The notes under the pieces were generated by a model that saw only the letters and a list, made by a program, of their open reading frames with translations, did not search any database and was not told the DNA's origin. A stretch of DNA of 64,000 bases from Macrostomum lignano (Eukaryota), in NCBI GenBank assembly GCA_002269645.1, contig NIVC01000843.1, positions 62,001-126,000 on the forward strand, read 5' to 3'. The first letter of the stretch is position 1; each line of letters begins with the position of its first letter. Position numbers and translations under genes: made by a program. Shown here piece after piece: positions 37,135 through 50,613 of the stretch.

Positions 37135-37497
37135 GCTCTATCTTGGGTAAAAATTTGCGTAAATCAAAGTACATCAAAGTATGAAAGATTATCTCTAAAT
37201 CTCAAAACTTGAGTTTCTCTTTGCTTATTTTTAGTTTATTTAAAATTTACGTTAGTATTCACAATCAAGTATAACGTTGAAAGAGAACAGAGTGTTAGAT
37301 ATGAGTTTTTCGTGCCTGCTAAATCGCACACACTGCGAGATACTACGCGTATTAAAAACATTTTTACTTTCTCAGTCACAATGTGATTTTGTTAAATTAC
37401 AGTCTACAATCTACATCGTTGTCAAGAATTCCCTAGCCTACATTCCGGGGGGGGGGGGGTGGTTTACGAGTGCAATGAAGGACTGCAGCATGCTAAG

Positions 37498-37804
37498 GGC
37501 GCCATTGGGAGTGCCATTGGGAGTACCATTGAGAGTGCCACTGAGAGTGCCATTGGGAGTGCCATTGAGAGTGCCATTGAGAGTGCCATTGGGAGTGACA
37601 TTGAGAGTGTCTTTGAGAGGGCCATTGGGAGTGACATTAGGAGTGCCATTGAGAGTGGCATTGGGAGTGACATTAAGAGTGCCATTGAGAGTGCCATTGG
37701 GAGTGACATTAAGAGTGTCATTGAGAGTGCCATTGGGAGTGCCATTGGGAGTGACATTAAGAGTGCCATTAAGAGTGCCATTGGGAGTGCCATTGGGTGT
37801 GCCA
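37498..37804. repeat. 12-bp minisatellite GAGTGCCATTG(G/A)
   Basis: Direct reading. Confidence 0.94.
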
Positions 37805-37964
37805 TACGGAGCATCTTTAGAGTGCTTTTAATATAGGCACTGCTAATAGCGTCTGTAGGAATCTAATCAATAAAAATTCAAATCACTCAGCCCAGCTTAA
37901 ACACGACAATTATTTTAGCAATTGAAAAAACAATAAAACACAATGCTCATATTCATGCAGGCAG

Positions 37965-40900
37965 TCAGGTGCAGGTCATGCGGCTGCTCTGTCTGGGAAA
38001 CCTCTCGTCAGGTGCGGTCGGATCCGCCGAGACGATGCCGCTGGTGCGCAGGCGGGCCACCCGCTCCTGCGCCGACTCCAGCTGAGCCCAGCGCGCCGCC
38101 TCGCGCGCCTTCTTCTCGCGCGACATCGCCTTGGTAGTTTTCAATGCCAGATTCGAACCCTGGCGCTCCTGTTGTTGCATCTCCTGACGCTCCTGTTTTC
38201 GCGCCTGCACCTGCTGTGCCAGGTCGCTAAGTCGCGGATCGCGGGCTCGAATCTCCGGCTGACCGGGGCGCGAATTTTCTGCGCGCTTTTTCTTCTCCTC
38301 TTGACGCGCGGCGGCGGCGCGCGACCGTTCGGCGCGATGGCGCCCGATTAGCTCCATTGTGTGCAGCAGCTTCTCATCTTTGGCCTGCTTCTCCTCGAGA
38401 ATCTGGTCGCGCTTCTCTTCCACTTCTTGAGTCTGGCGCTGCTTTGCCAGGCTGAGCCGCTCCCGAAGCTCTGCGATGCTCATCTCCGACAGGAAGCCGA
38501 AGCCAGCGATCTCGGTGAGGTCCAGCCGCTTCTCACGGGGAGCCTGTGGTTGTTAGAGTTTGTTGTTTCATTTTACACATAGTTAATTTTCTTCATTGCG
38601 TGAGGCATGGGGCTGGTGAAGCTGTTAGACATGTTAGACAGAGACAATATGGATATGTTAGACATGTTAGAGACAATGGGTCTGTTAGACGTGTTAGACA
38701 CTATTGATCTGTTAGACAGAGACTGTGGATCTGTTAGATATTCAAACAGAGACAGTGGATCTGTTCGACGTGTTAGAGACAATGGATCTGTTCGACGTGT
38801 TAGACACTATTGGTCTGTTAGACATGTTAGATACTATTGATATGTTAGACATGTTAGACACAATGGATCTGTTAGACATGTTAGACAGAGACTATGGATC
38901 TGTTAGATATGTTAGACAGAGACTATGGATCTGTTAGATATTCAGACAGAGATAATGGAACTGTTAGACATGTTTAGCTTACACAATGGAACTGTTAGAC
39001 ATGTTAGACACAATGGATCTGTTAGATATGGTAGAGACAATGGGTCAGTTTCTGTTAGACATGTTACACAAAGATTTTATCAATCTGTTAGACATTTATC
39101 TTGCAAGTCTGTCAAACAGATGCGCATCAATCACTCACCTGAGTAGCTTCAATCGCTCGAATCTCAGCGATCAGCTCCATCTTTCTTCGAAGCTCGGCTG
39201 CCGCCTCCTCGTAGGCCTGCTTGAGCAGCTCCTCAGTCTCCTGCTGCTGCTCAGCTCTGCTCAACGCCTTGGCTTTCTGGGCGTCTCTAACCGCCTGCCT
39301 AGCCTTGGCGTGACCCGCCATGATCTCCGCCATCCGCTGCTTCAGCTGCTCCTCCTCAGCTGCCCGCATCGCGGCCAGCTCTTCCTGACGTTCGGCAGCC
39401 GCCTCGCGCTCCTTCTCCACCACGGCCCGGTTGGATTCGGCCAGACGGCGTCTAGCGATGACCGCCTCCTCGTAGGACAGCTGGCCTTCCAGACGGCGGC
39501 GCTCGAGTTCGGCGAGTTGAGACTGCAGGTCCGCCTCCTTCTGTGCCTGCTGCCAGGCCTGCGGATTCAGGGGTCAGGGAGGTTGGTGTGTCAGGTGAGC
39601 TGTCAGATGGTGTGTCAGGTGAGCTGTCAGATGATGTGTGAGATTAGCTAGCTGTCAGATAAGCTGTCAGGTGATGTGTCAGATGAGCTAGCTGTCAGGT
39701 GATGTGTCAGATGAGCTAGCTGTCAGGTGATGTGTCAGATAAGCTGTCAGGTGATGTCAGATGAGGTAGCTGTCAGGTGATGTGTCAGATAAGCTAGCTG
39801 TCAGGTGATGTGTCAGATAAGCTGTCAGGTGATGTCAGATGAGGTAGCTGTCAGGTGATGTGTCAGATAAGCTGTCAGGTGATGTCAGATGAGGTAGCTG
39901 TCAGGTGATGTGTCAGATAAGCGCTGTCAGGTGATGTGTCAGATAAGCGCTGTCAGGTGATGTGTCAGATAAGCTGTCAGGTGATGTGTCAGATAAGCTG
40001 TCAGGTGATGTGTCAGATGAGGTAGCTGTCAGGTGATGTGTCAGATAAGCTGTCAGGTGATGTGTCAGATAAGCTGTCAGGTGATGTGTCAGATGAGGTG
40101 TCAGGTGATGTGTCAGATAAGCTGTCAGGTGATGTGTCAGATGAGGTGTCAGGTGATGTGTCAGATAAGCTGTCAGGTGATGTGTCAGATAAGCTTTCAG
40201 GTGATGTGTCGGATGATCATTCAGGTGGTGTGTCAGATAAACTGTCAGGTGATGTGTCAGATAAGCTGTCAGGTGATGTGTCAGATAAGCTGTCAGGTGA
40301 TGTGTCAGATAAGCTGTCAGGTGATGTGTCAGATAAGCTGTCAGGTGATGTGTCAGATGAGGTGTCAGGTGATGTGTCGGATGATCATTCAGGTGATGTG
40401 TCAGATAAGCTGTCAGGTGATGTGTCAGATGAGGTGTCAGGTGATGTGTCGGATGATCATTCAGGTGATGTGTCAGATAAGCTGTCAGGTGAAGTGTCAG
40501 ATGAGGTGTCAGGTGATGTGTCGGATGATCATTCAGGTGATGTGTCAGATAAGCGCTGTCAGGTGATGTGTCAGATGAGTTGTCAGGTGATGTGTCAGAT
40601 GAGGTGTCAGGTGATGTGTCAGATAAGCTGTCAGGTGATGTGTCAGATGAGGTGTCAGGTGATGTGTCGGATGATCATTCAGGTGATGTGTCAGATAAGC
40701 TGTCAGGTGATGTGTCAGATGAGGTGTCAGGTGATGTGTCAGATGAGGTGTCAGGTGATGTGTCGGATGATCATTCAGGTGATGTTTCAGATAAGCGCTG
40801 TCAGGTGATGTGTCAGATAAACTGTCAGGTGATGTGTCAGATAAGCTGTCAAGTGTCAGGAAACCCACCTCGAAAGCGGACTTATCAAAGGCACCGGCTT

Positions 40901-43900
40901 CCAGCGCGCCGAGCCTCTCAGCTTCGCGCTTCTCCGCCTCTCTGTAGCGCGCCCACTCGCGCATGATGGCGGCAGCGTTGAGCTTCACAGCCGCCTGACC
41001 GGCGCCCTGGCGCTCCTTCGGCATCGGATTCGATTTCGGCGCGTCGAAGGCCAACGCTCGCTCCTGCTCGGCTCGAATTTCTCGAATTTTTCGTTCGCAT
41101 TTCTCGGATTTGCCCGGATCGGCGCAGCGAGGCCGCTGGCGCGTGGCCTCGGCCAGTCTTTGTTCGGCCACTTCGCGATTCTTCCGGCGCCGTTCGGCTA
41201 GATCGGCGCTCTCCTGAGGCCGCTCGTAGGTGCTGCTGGGCACCGGGCGGCTGGGTGCCAGGGTGGGCAGCTCCTCCGGCATCGGCACTGAGCGCGGCTT
41301 CGGCTCCGTGAGAGTGAACGGCTGCGGCTCTGCGGGTGCGGAATTGGCTGAGTTGTAGCGCTGCTGCGTGTCTAACAGCTTGGTCCACCTGTGTCTAACA
41401 GCTTGGCGCATCTGTGTCTAACAGCTTGGCGCATCTGTGTCTAACAGCTTGGCGCATCTGTGTCTAACAGCTTGGCGCATCTGTGTCTAACAGCTTGGCA
41501 TTTCTGTGTCTAACAGCTTTGCGCATCTGTGTCTAACAGCTTGGCACATCTGTGTCTAACAGCTTGGCATTTCTGTGTCTAACAGCTTGGCGCACCTGTG
41601 TCGAACAGCTTGGCATTTCTGTGTCTAACAGCTTGGCATTTCTGTGTCTAACAGCTTGGCATTTCTGTGTCTAACAGCTTGGCGCACCTGTGTCTAACAG
41701 CTTGGCATTTCTGTGTCTAACAGCATGGCACATCTGTGTCTAACAGCTTGGCATTTCTGTGTCTAACAGCTTGGCGCATCTGTGTCGAACAGCATGGCAC
41801 ATCTGTGTCTAACAGCTTGGCATTTCTGTGTCTAACAGCTTGGCATTTCTGTGTCTAACAGCTTGGCGCATCTGTGTCTAACAGCTTGGCATTTCTGTGT
41901 CTAACAGCTTGGCATTTCTGTGTCTAACAGCTTGGCGCATCTGTGTCTAACAGCTTGGCGCACCTGTGTCTAACAGCTTGGCACATCTGTGTCTAACAGC
42001 TTGGCATTTTTGTGTCTAACAGCTTGGCGCACCTGTGTCGAACAGCTTGGCATTTCTGTGTCTAACAGCTTGGCATTTCTGTGTCTAACAGCTTGGCATT
42101 TCTGTGTCTAACAGCTTGGCGCACCTGTGTCTAACAGCTTGGCATTTCTGTGTCTAACAGCATGGCACATCTGTGTCTAACAGCTTGGCATTTCTGTGTC
42201 TAACAGCTTGGCGCATCTGTGTCGAACAGCATGGCACATCTGTGTCTAACAGCTTGGCATTTCTGTGTCTAACAGCTTGGCATTTCTGTGTCCAACAGCT
42301 TGGCGCATCTGTGTCTAACAGCTTGGCATTTCTGTGTCTAACAGCTTGGCGCATCTGTGTCTAACAGCTGTCTAACAGCTTGGCGCACCTGTGTCTAACA
42401 GCTTGGCATTTCTGTGTCTAACAGCTTGGCGCATCTGTGTCTAACAGCTTGACATTTCTGTGTCTAACAGCTTGGCGCACCTGTGTCTAACAGCTGTCTA
42501 ACAGCTTAACGCACCTGTGTCTAACAGCTTGGCGCATCTGTGTCTAACAGCTTGGCGCATCTGTGTCTAACAGCTTGGCGCACCTGTGTCTAACAGCTTG
42601 GCGCACCTGTGTCTAACAGCTTGGCGCACCTGTGTCTAACAGCTTGGCGCACCTGTGTCTAACAGCTTGGCGCATCTGTGTCTAACAGCTTGACATTTCT
42701 GTGTCTAACAGCTTGGCGCACCTGTGTCTAACAACTGTCTAACAGCTTGGCGCACCTGTGTCTAACAGCTTGGCATTTCTGTGTCTAACAGCTTGGCGCA
42801 TCTGTGTCTAACAGCTTGACATTTCTGTGTCTAACAGCTTGGCGCACCTGTGTCTAACAACTGTCTAACAGCTTAACGCACCTGTGTCTAACAGCTTGGC
42901 GCATCTGTGTCTAACAGCTTGGCGCACCTGTGTCTAACAGCTTGGCGCACCTGTGTCTAACAGCTTGGCGCACCTGTGTCTAACAGCTTGGCGCACCTGT
43001 GTCTAACAGCTTGGCGCACCTGTGTCTAACAGCTTGGCGCACCTGTGTCTAACAGCTTGGCATTTCTGTGTCTAACAGCTTGGCATTTCTGTGTCTAACA
43101 GCTTGGCGCACCTGTGTCTAACAGCTTGGCATTTCTGTGTCTAACAGCATGGCACATCTGTGTCTAACAGCTTGGCATTTCTGTGTCTAACAGCTTGGCG
43201 CACCTGTGTCTAACAGCTTGGCATTTCTGTGTCTAACAGCTGTCTAACAGCTTGGCGCATCTGTGTCTAACAGCTTGACATTTCTGTGTCTAACAGCTTG
43301 GCGCACCTGTGTCTAACAGCTTGGCGCACCTATGTCTAACAGCATAGCACATCTGTGTCTAACAGCTTGGCATTTCTGTGTCTAACAGCTTGGCGCACCT
43401 GTGTCTAACAGCTTGGCATTTCTGTGTCTAACAGCTGTCTAACAGCTTGGCGCATCTGTGTCTAACAGCTTGACATTTCTGTGTCTAACAGCTTGGCGCA
43501 CCTGTGTCTAACAGCTTGGCGCACCTATGTCTAACAGCTTGGCGCACCTGTGTCTAACAGCTTGGCGCATCTGTGTCTAACAGCTTGGACTCTCATTGTC
43601 TAACAGCATGGACTCTCATTGTCTAACAGCTTGGCGCATCTGTGTCTAACAGCTTGGACTCTGTGTCTAACAGCTTGGACTCTGTGTCTAACAGCTTGGA
43701 CTCTCATTGTCTAACAGCTTGGCGCATCTGTGTCTAACCAAACTGGTGTACCTATATAAGTTATCGAGTTCAACTGTGAAATAGACTTTAAATATATTGA
43801 CATTAATCAGTGAACAAGTATTCCAATTGTCTAGCAATTCGAGGCATTGGCACAATTTAAGCAATAAAGCGCATTTCGATACATATCGGCAGTTGCGTAA

Positions 43901-46782
43901 AAGTAAATTACATTTTTCGATGTCAGTTTGATCAGATAGCTGGAAATCGATGACTTAAATGTCGCAAAAAAATATAACGAAAAAACGTAGACAAAAAACT
44001 TTTTTAGGTTATCTACGAGTATTTTCCCGAGATCTCCAGGATCAAAAGCTTTTTTATATGAAAATGATATGATAAAAAGTAATAAAAACGCGATAGAAGA
44101 GATGCAAAGAGTGACAGCTGTGCTTGCTCGATCAAAATCAAAATTTTCGGGTGATGTGTGCAATTTTTTCGACAATGATTTCTTACTCAAAATATTTATT
44201 TTACCTTCTTTCGGAAGTCGGTCCTTTTTAGTAATTCTGGCTGGAAACGTTAGTAGTATAGTTAGTAGTATAGTTGGTAGTATAGTTAGTAGTAAAATCG
44301 GTAGCTTATAGCAAGTAAATTCCTATTTTCAATTCGAAAATTCATGCAATAAACATTTTTTCTTACATTCTGTGTAATTTTTTCACTAAAATTTGATTGT
44401 AGCATACCTGTTGGTTTAATCAGCTCTTTTTTGCTTTTCAGACCCTCTTCAATTTGTACTCTGAGTCGCTCGAGTATTTCCTCCAGTTGCGGCAGAAATC
44501 TGTGAAGTTTGAGTTTTATTTACGATATAAATATCAGAAGAATGTCACTGACTGATTTTCAATAAAGTACATTTTAAGAGACAAGGGGGTTGTGTGCACC
44601 CTGGCGCACTTTAAGCGACATTGTCACACAACCGGCGAGAAACATTTCTGGCCCATTTCGCCGACTCCCCTGAGCAGGCAAACAAGAGCGCGGATACGTA
44701 CGCAGTCATACGCACAGGCACACACTCACACAGGAGTGTACAGCGGCCCCAACTTTATTTATCGTTAGGCATGTACACTTCACTGTGCCAAGCAGAGACA
44801 AACCGAGATTCAACCCCCCCCCAATAAAATTACATGCAGAAGTACTTACTCCTCAAGAGGCGAAATGATTTCATTCTCAACGTAGACTCGATCATAGAGT
44901 TTGGCCCACTCGTCCAGCATCCAGGTGTACAGGTGCTTTCTGTTCAGTAGGAAGCTTAGAAACTAAAAAAATGCATGTTTTTCTATAGCGTCAGTTTTGT
45001 TATAATTTGAGGGGTTTTTTGATGAACAATCGCAGTTTGTTCAAATTGTTTTTATCTTCTAAAATCCGCTTACCCGATAGATCCGTTTTCGTTCGAGTGT
45101 AGCGATCAGCTTCTTCAGATTGGGGATTCCCAGCTCCTCCATGCGAAACACGATGAGGTAAGCAAAAACTGGAAATTAAATATGCTTATGTTTGGCACTA
45201 TTGAGTTTAGACTTGGCATTGTTATAGTAGTTGGGGGTGCAAAATCCTAATTTGAATTTCTGTCATTTTTTGAAACTCTGTGTCTTTTGATGTTTGTTTG
45301 AAACATCATGGCGCATTTGTAAGTCTAACAGCTTGGCGAATCTGTGTCTAACAGCTTGGCACATCTGTGTCTAACAGCATGGCACATCTGTGTCTAACAG
45401 CATGGCGCATCTGTGTCTAACAGCATGGCACATCTGTGTCTAACAGCATGGCACATCTGTGTCTAACAGCATGGCATTTTTGTGTTTAACAGAATGGCAC
45501 ATCTGTGTCTAACAGCTTGGCACATCTGTGTCTAACAGCTTGGCACATCTGTGTCTAACAGCATGGCACATCTGTGTCTAACAGCATGGCACACCTGTGT
45601 CTAACAGCATGGCACATCTGTGTCTAACAGCATGGCGCATCTGTGTCTAACAGCATGGCACATCTGTGTCTAACAGCATGGCACATCTGTGTCTAACAGC
45701 ATGGCACATCTGTGTCTAACAGCATGGCACACCTGTGTCTAACAGCATGGCACATCTGTGTCTAACAGCATGGCGCATCTGTGTCTAACAGCATGGCACA
45801 TCTGTGTCTAACAGCATGGCACACCTGTGTCTAACAGCATGGCACATCTGTGTCTAACAGCATGGCGCATCTGTGTCTAACAGCATGGCACATCTGTGTC
45901 TAACAGCATGGCACATCTGTGTCTAACAGCATGGCGCATCTGTGTCTAACAGCATGGCACATCTGTGTCTAACAGAATGTCGCATATGTACAGTATAAAT
46001 CTCACCTCGATAGAGATTCTGCTCCGACCGCTTGACGACACGTCCCTCAACATTATAGAAGGCCGTGATCACGGTGTCCAACGCTTTCTCGTAGCGAATG
46101 CACCCGGCAAATATTTCTACGATGGTGACTCGAACAGGGTCATCCCGAGGTAGGACCTGTTGGGTATATTAGTGTTGTATATTTCTTTTTAGACGAATTT
46201 ATTCATTATTATAATGCCCTGAGGTGGCCAGTGTAGATTTTAGGAACAGAGACTTACACCATCGAAGTACTGATTGGCGTGGGCATCCACCGCCATATCT
46301 GCGGAACGAAAGCTGTCCAAAATTTCTTGACTGTGTTGCAGCAACTGCTGCGCAGTCTCTTTAGTTCTGTAGATGATTTGAAAAGACAATTATTTAGACA
46401 TTTTTACGCAGTCTTGTACAGAATTGCGTGCTGTAGTGATCTTGAATAAATGTTTTAGTTGCTAAGTTCATTAAATAGTATGTTAAAAAGTGTCATCCAC
46501 ACAATCATAAAATAAGTCCTCTTTAAGAAAAAACAACTAAATTAAAAAACCAGTAAGAATATCAATTTTTAAACATTTTGTTGCATTTCTGATTAACTGA
46601 AACATCTGTTCAAATTTATGCTTTGTATAATCAGTTTTACGGTACAAGGTTAATCAAACGCCTTATTAGTGACAGTACTTCGTACATTACTTTACCCGTG
46701 CATGTTAGCCCAGCTTTTGTGCGCTCGTATTACTGCTTATGAATAAGGTTTTGTAAATGTATACTTACAATGTGAGTCCCAT
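37965..46782 (-). CDS. CFAP99: Cilia- and flagella-associated protein 99, about 677 aa
   Basis: Minus-strand exons 46769-46782, 46258-46366, 46006-46156, 45074-45168, 44850-44962, 44408-44499, 40869-41329, 39139-39558, 37965-38543 (2034 nt, all phases compatible). Motifs EIFAGCIRY...RSEQNLY, FRMEELG, LYTWMLDEW, EPQPFTLTEPKPR, VKLNAAAIMRE and GFLSEMSIAELRERL. Confidence 0.88.
38622..39100. repeat. Degenerate TGTTAGACA-core repeat (CFAP99 last intron)
   Basis: The core is the reverse complement of the TGTCTAACA core of the 41368-43737 array. Confidence 0.88.
39585..40857. repeat. 24-bp minisatellite GTCAGGTGATGTGTCAGATAAGCT
   Basis: Direct reading. Confidence 0.96.
41368..43737. repeat. 23-bp minisatellite CTGTGTCTAACAGCTTGGCGCAT
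   Basis: About 100 copies in a CFAP99 intron. Confidence 0.98.
44575..44790 (-). mobile_element. 5'-truncated copy of SINE family 1 in a CFAP99 intron
   Basis: The reverse complement matches about 8110-8310 (GTGAAGTGTACATGCCTAAC...GTGCGCCAGGGTGCACACAACCCCC) with several substitutions. Confidence 0.85.
45323..45975. repeat. 23-bp minisatellite CTGTGTCTAACAGCATGGCACAT (same family as 41368-43737)
   Basis: Direct reading. Confidence 0.97.
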
Positions 46783-47832
46783 TCCGGTTTAAATGTTGTA
46801 ACGAAGTGCAAATGTGCCTCGGATTTGACTACGAATAATCGTAAAAGATATCCGATTTTAAATTTTCATATAGTAAATTGTTGTAAGGTAACAAATAGTT
46901 AAAACAAAAAACAGAAGAAATAGAATAAAGATTTGGATATAACTCTGGTTGTCAAGAAGTTTGAATTGTTTTATATAAATAAAAAAATAAAAAATTACAT
47001 AGTATAAAGTAATAAATTTTAAATAAAGGTTTGTTAGTGGCATCTTTTTAACGTTGCGAAAAAGTGCATTAATAATGAGCTTTCTAGTTCTAGCATTTCC
47101 CTCTAGACGGCTTAGAGCTTAATTGCTTTCTGTTGGGTATGCGTTGTTTTTCATGAAAGCTTTTGTATACCCAAATATTTTGCAGTGGTAGTTTAATTTC
47201 AAACAAAAGAATGTTTTCTCGTTTTTATAGTTTCCGTCAGTAAAAATGTAATATACAAAGAACATTATCGATTATGTACTTTAAATAAAATATTTGAACT
47301 AAATTTCGAAACAATTTAAAGTGAACTAAAATATTCTTTGATAAGTAGCTGTCTGTGTTAAAGTTTTTTATACTTGTTTTACAGTCTAAAGTAAAAACTA
47401 ACCATTTTAATTGCCCATTTGTTTATTTTGTAAAAAAGTTTAAGCATTATTTTTATAATTGCCATATAAAGTTTTGTACCTAAAAATTGATTTTCTAAAC
47501 CTATTTTAATGATATAATTTTGTCAACTGTTCAGAAAAAGACATTTTAATTTGTGAGTCCATTTTATATAATTCAAAAGTAGGCCTAATTTAAAAACCTT
47601 GTATATCTACTTTTTATAAAAAATATCTTAATGCTTCTACTAATTTTTATTATTATTAATACCTAATATGAGCACCTTTCACAAATGAAAATCGTTAATT
47701 TTAGGTTTTCATCAATAATTATACTAATAGGAATCAAATTCTATTGCAACTGTATACTTTTTCCATGCTTATAACATTTTCAAAACCTAAAAATTGTCTA
47801 TAATTAGTAATAAATAAACCAAACTGCAGAGC

Positions 47833-47908
47833 ATCCAGGCCCTGCTGTCTACAAAGGCGTGGCCAATCCGTTTGGTCCCAGTCGAGAACCGCAAGGCCGC
47901 TGTCACAG
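47833..47908 (+). pseudogene. Orphaned 5' fragment of cytochrome P450 paralog A (start codon position reads ATC)
   Basis: 76 nt colinear with the first 76 nt of paralog B (51609-51684), but AGC-ATC-CAG replaces AGC-ATG-CAG. It is separated from the rest of the gene by the 47909-48958 insertion. Confidence 0.85.
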
Positions 47909-48958
47909 CAAGGACTTCTAGACTAACAGGACGTGGGACTCAAAGATCGTGCAATTTTTTGGAGGCCACGATTTCCTGGAAAAAATACACTGCGAAGATA
48001 GGAAAAAATCAGTTTTTCGTCACAAAATCTGTGATTGTGTATGATCTGGGGCAGTGAAGACTACCATTCTTTTAATTTAACATGCACAATATGTTACTCT
48101 ATTATATTTTCATATAGCTGTGTAGTGAAGTTTTCATTTTCATATTGTTTTCACTTTATTTCATAGGCCCAAAGTTGCAAACTCACAAGTGGCATTAGCC
48201 AAACTTTTTGTGTTGTTCTTTTTAAAATAAAGTATAAAAACATTGCATGTAGGTACTCTTAGTCTTAAGCTATTATTGTAGGTTTAGTAACTATACTAAT
48301 TCCTAGGCCTACTAGAACTAGACCTATCACTACACTATCTAGCCTAATAAGTAATTAAATTTAGACAATGACTTAGAGATTAGTATATTTAGATTTTTTA
48401 TTATATATAGATTACCAATAAATAGTTTCATATGGTTGGTTACCTAGGCTTGAGAAAGCTGTATTATCAGTTTGTAAGCCAAGCCTATATTTAGGACTAA
48501 GATTTAAGAAGAATAGACTTAATCACAAAAATAGACCCTAACCATTTTTACTAGGTATCTATAAGAAAAAACATTGATTAGTCCTTTTATAACTTTTATT
48601 TTAAAGGCTAAAAATATTATTATATTACAAATTTGAATAGCTTTTCTTTTCTTGAATTTGATATTTGGCTAATGCCACTTGTGAGTTTGCAACTTTGGGC
48701 TTATGAAATAAAGTGAAAACAATATGAAAATGAAAACTTCACTACACAGCTATATGAAAATATAATAGAGTAACATATTGTGCATGTTAAATTAAAAGAA
48801 TGGTAGTCTTCACTGCCCCAGATCAAATGCAATCACAGATTTTGTGACGAAAAACTGATTTTTTCCTATCTTCGCAGTGTATTTTTTCCAGGAAATCGTG
48901 GCCTCCAAAAAATTGCACGATCTTTGAGTTTTGCGTCCTGTTGGTCTAGAGGTCCTTG
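47909..48958. mobile_element. 1050-bp non-autonomous foldback DNA transposon with 295-bp TIRs and 8-bp TSD (hAT- or P-like)
   Basis: TIRs 47909-48203 and 48664-48958, termini CAAGG...CCTTG. The flanking direct repeat TGTCACAG (47901-47908, 48959-48966) is single-copy in the uninterrupted paralog B. The AT-rich internal part has no transposase ORF. Confidence 0.92.
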
Positions 48959-50613
48959 TGTCACAGTCGCTGCCATTGCAGGCGCCTCTCTGGCCACCCT
49001 GTGGTTTGTGCAGCGTCTCAGGCGCCGTTCTCAACTGCCGCCAGGTCCGCGCGGATGGCCGCTGATTGGCAATGTCGAGCTGTTGAAAGCCACTGGCAGA
49101 GCTAAAATTTTTGGTACATTCGATGAGCTGGCAGAAAATTATGGGGATATTACCACCGTCAGTTTTGGACCAATGACCTTCGTTCTGGTGCTCAAGCCAA
49201 AGCTTGTTCAAGAAGGCTTGCTGAGCCCAAAGCTGACCAATCGCATGACGAGTTTCTACTCATTGAACTACTTCACCGAGGGCATGAACAGCATCTTCAG
49301 CAGCCCGAATAACGAGCGCTGGCGCTACCATCGCAAGAGCTCCTATGCCGCATTCAGAATGTTTGCTCAGGGCGAGAGACTCGAGCAGTTCGTCATTGAC
49401 TCGTTCGATAGTGTCACAAAGTACTTTTTAGACCAGGACTCCGAGTACAAAGACGTGTACGAAACTGTGTACTTAATGGTCTACAATCTGCAGTGCCGGA
49501 TGACATTCGGCTCGGAGTACACTCCAGACGATCCCGAGTTTCTTTGGCTTCGGAAAACGCTTGAATATCTGAATCAGGTCTTCCAGACCGGCTTGCTAGT
49601 TGATGCTCTGCCCATACTTCGGTTTCTTCCAATAAAAAGTATTCGCGGTTTCTTCGACGCTACAGATGAACTGCTGTCCTGGGCCAAGAAGCTGTGCGAG
49701 AAACGGAAGGCGAGCTTCAACCCGAATGAGCTGAACGACATTTTTGACTTCCTGATTCAAGAGCAGCGACAGGCCGTTGCGTCTGGCAATGGGTGAATAG
49801 TTTTATGCTATTCTAATCACTATAAGCATGTTGCAGCTTTTTCTTGTCAATTATTAAAACTTGTTTTCGTTATGATTAAGCAATAGTTTCCGTACCGTAT
49901 AAAAGCTAACTACTACTGACAGCAAAACAAATATAAGTATTGAATCCGCTGTTTGTCATTCACCCAGGCACCTGTTTCAAGACGTCCACCTTCGCCAAAC
50001 GCTGATGGATATTTTTGGTGCTGGCACAGACACCACAGCTATGACCCTCTACTGGGTCATCTGGGGCCTGTGCAGCTTCCCAGAGATGCAGGAGCGCTGC
50101 TACGCCGAGGTGAACTCTGTATTCGGCGACTCAACTCCGAGAATGTCGGAGCGACACCGCCTGCCGTATACCGACGCTTTTCTGCACGAGGTGATGCGCT
50201 TCTGGCCTCTCGGTGGCCTGATACCGAGAGAGTGCAACGAAGATTGTCAGTTGGGTGGCTACCAGCTGCCTCGAGGCACCCAGGTGATGCTATCGACTTA
50301 CCGGTGCCATTATGATCCAACAGCGTTTCCGGATCCGCACACGTTCAAGCCGGAGCACTTTCTCACTGAGAACGGCGAGCTGGCGCCTTACAATCGAAAC
50401 TTTTTCATCTTCGGCGCCGGCACTCGGGTCTGCCTTGGCGAATCGATCGCTAAGAAGACGACATTTTTAATCACTACGCTGCTGATTCAATCGTTCAAGT
50501 TCATCCAGAGTCCGGAGTTCAAGGACTCAGATGGTTACAAAGAGTCCTCTTCGCTACTGTTCGCCATGCCGCGCAGGTTCAAGGTCCGCGTTGTGCCGCG
50601 CAAAGGCGCTTAA
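48959..50613 (+). CDS. Cytochrome P450, clan 2 (CYP1/2/17-like), paralog A; body intact, 5' end disrupted
   Basis: Exons 48959-49792 and 49968-50613. Motifs LPPGPRGWPLIGN, I-helix DIFGAGTDTT, K-helix EVMR, FKPEHF and heme FGAGTRVCLGE. No internal stops. Confidence 0.85.

Noticed and set aside
43831-44311. Nested genes in a CFAP99 intron (119-aa and 80-aa ORFs)
   Set aside because: AT-rich, unlike the codon style of the real exons, with no recognisable motif or splice support.
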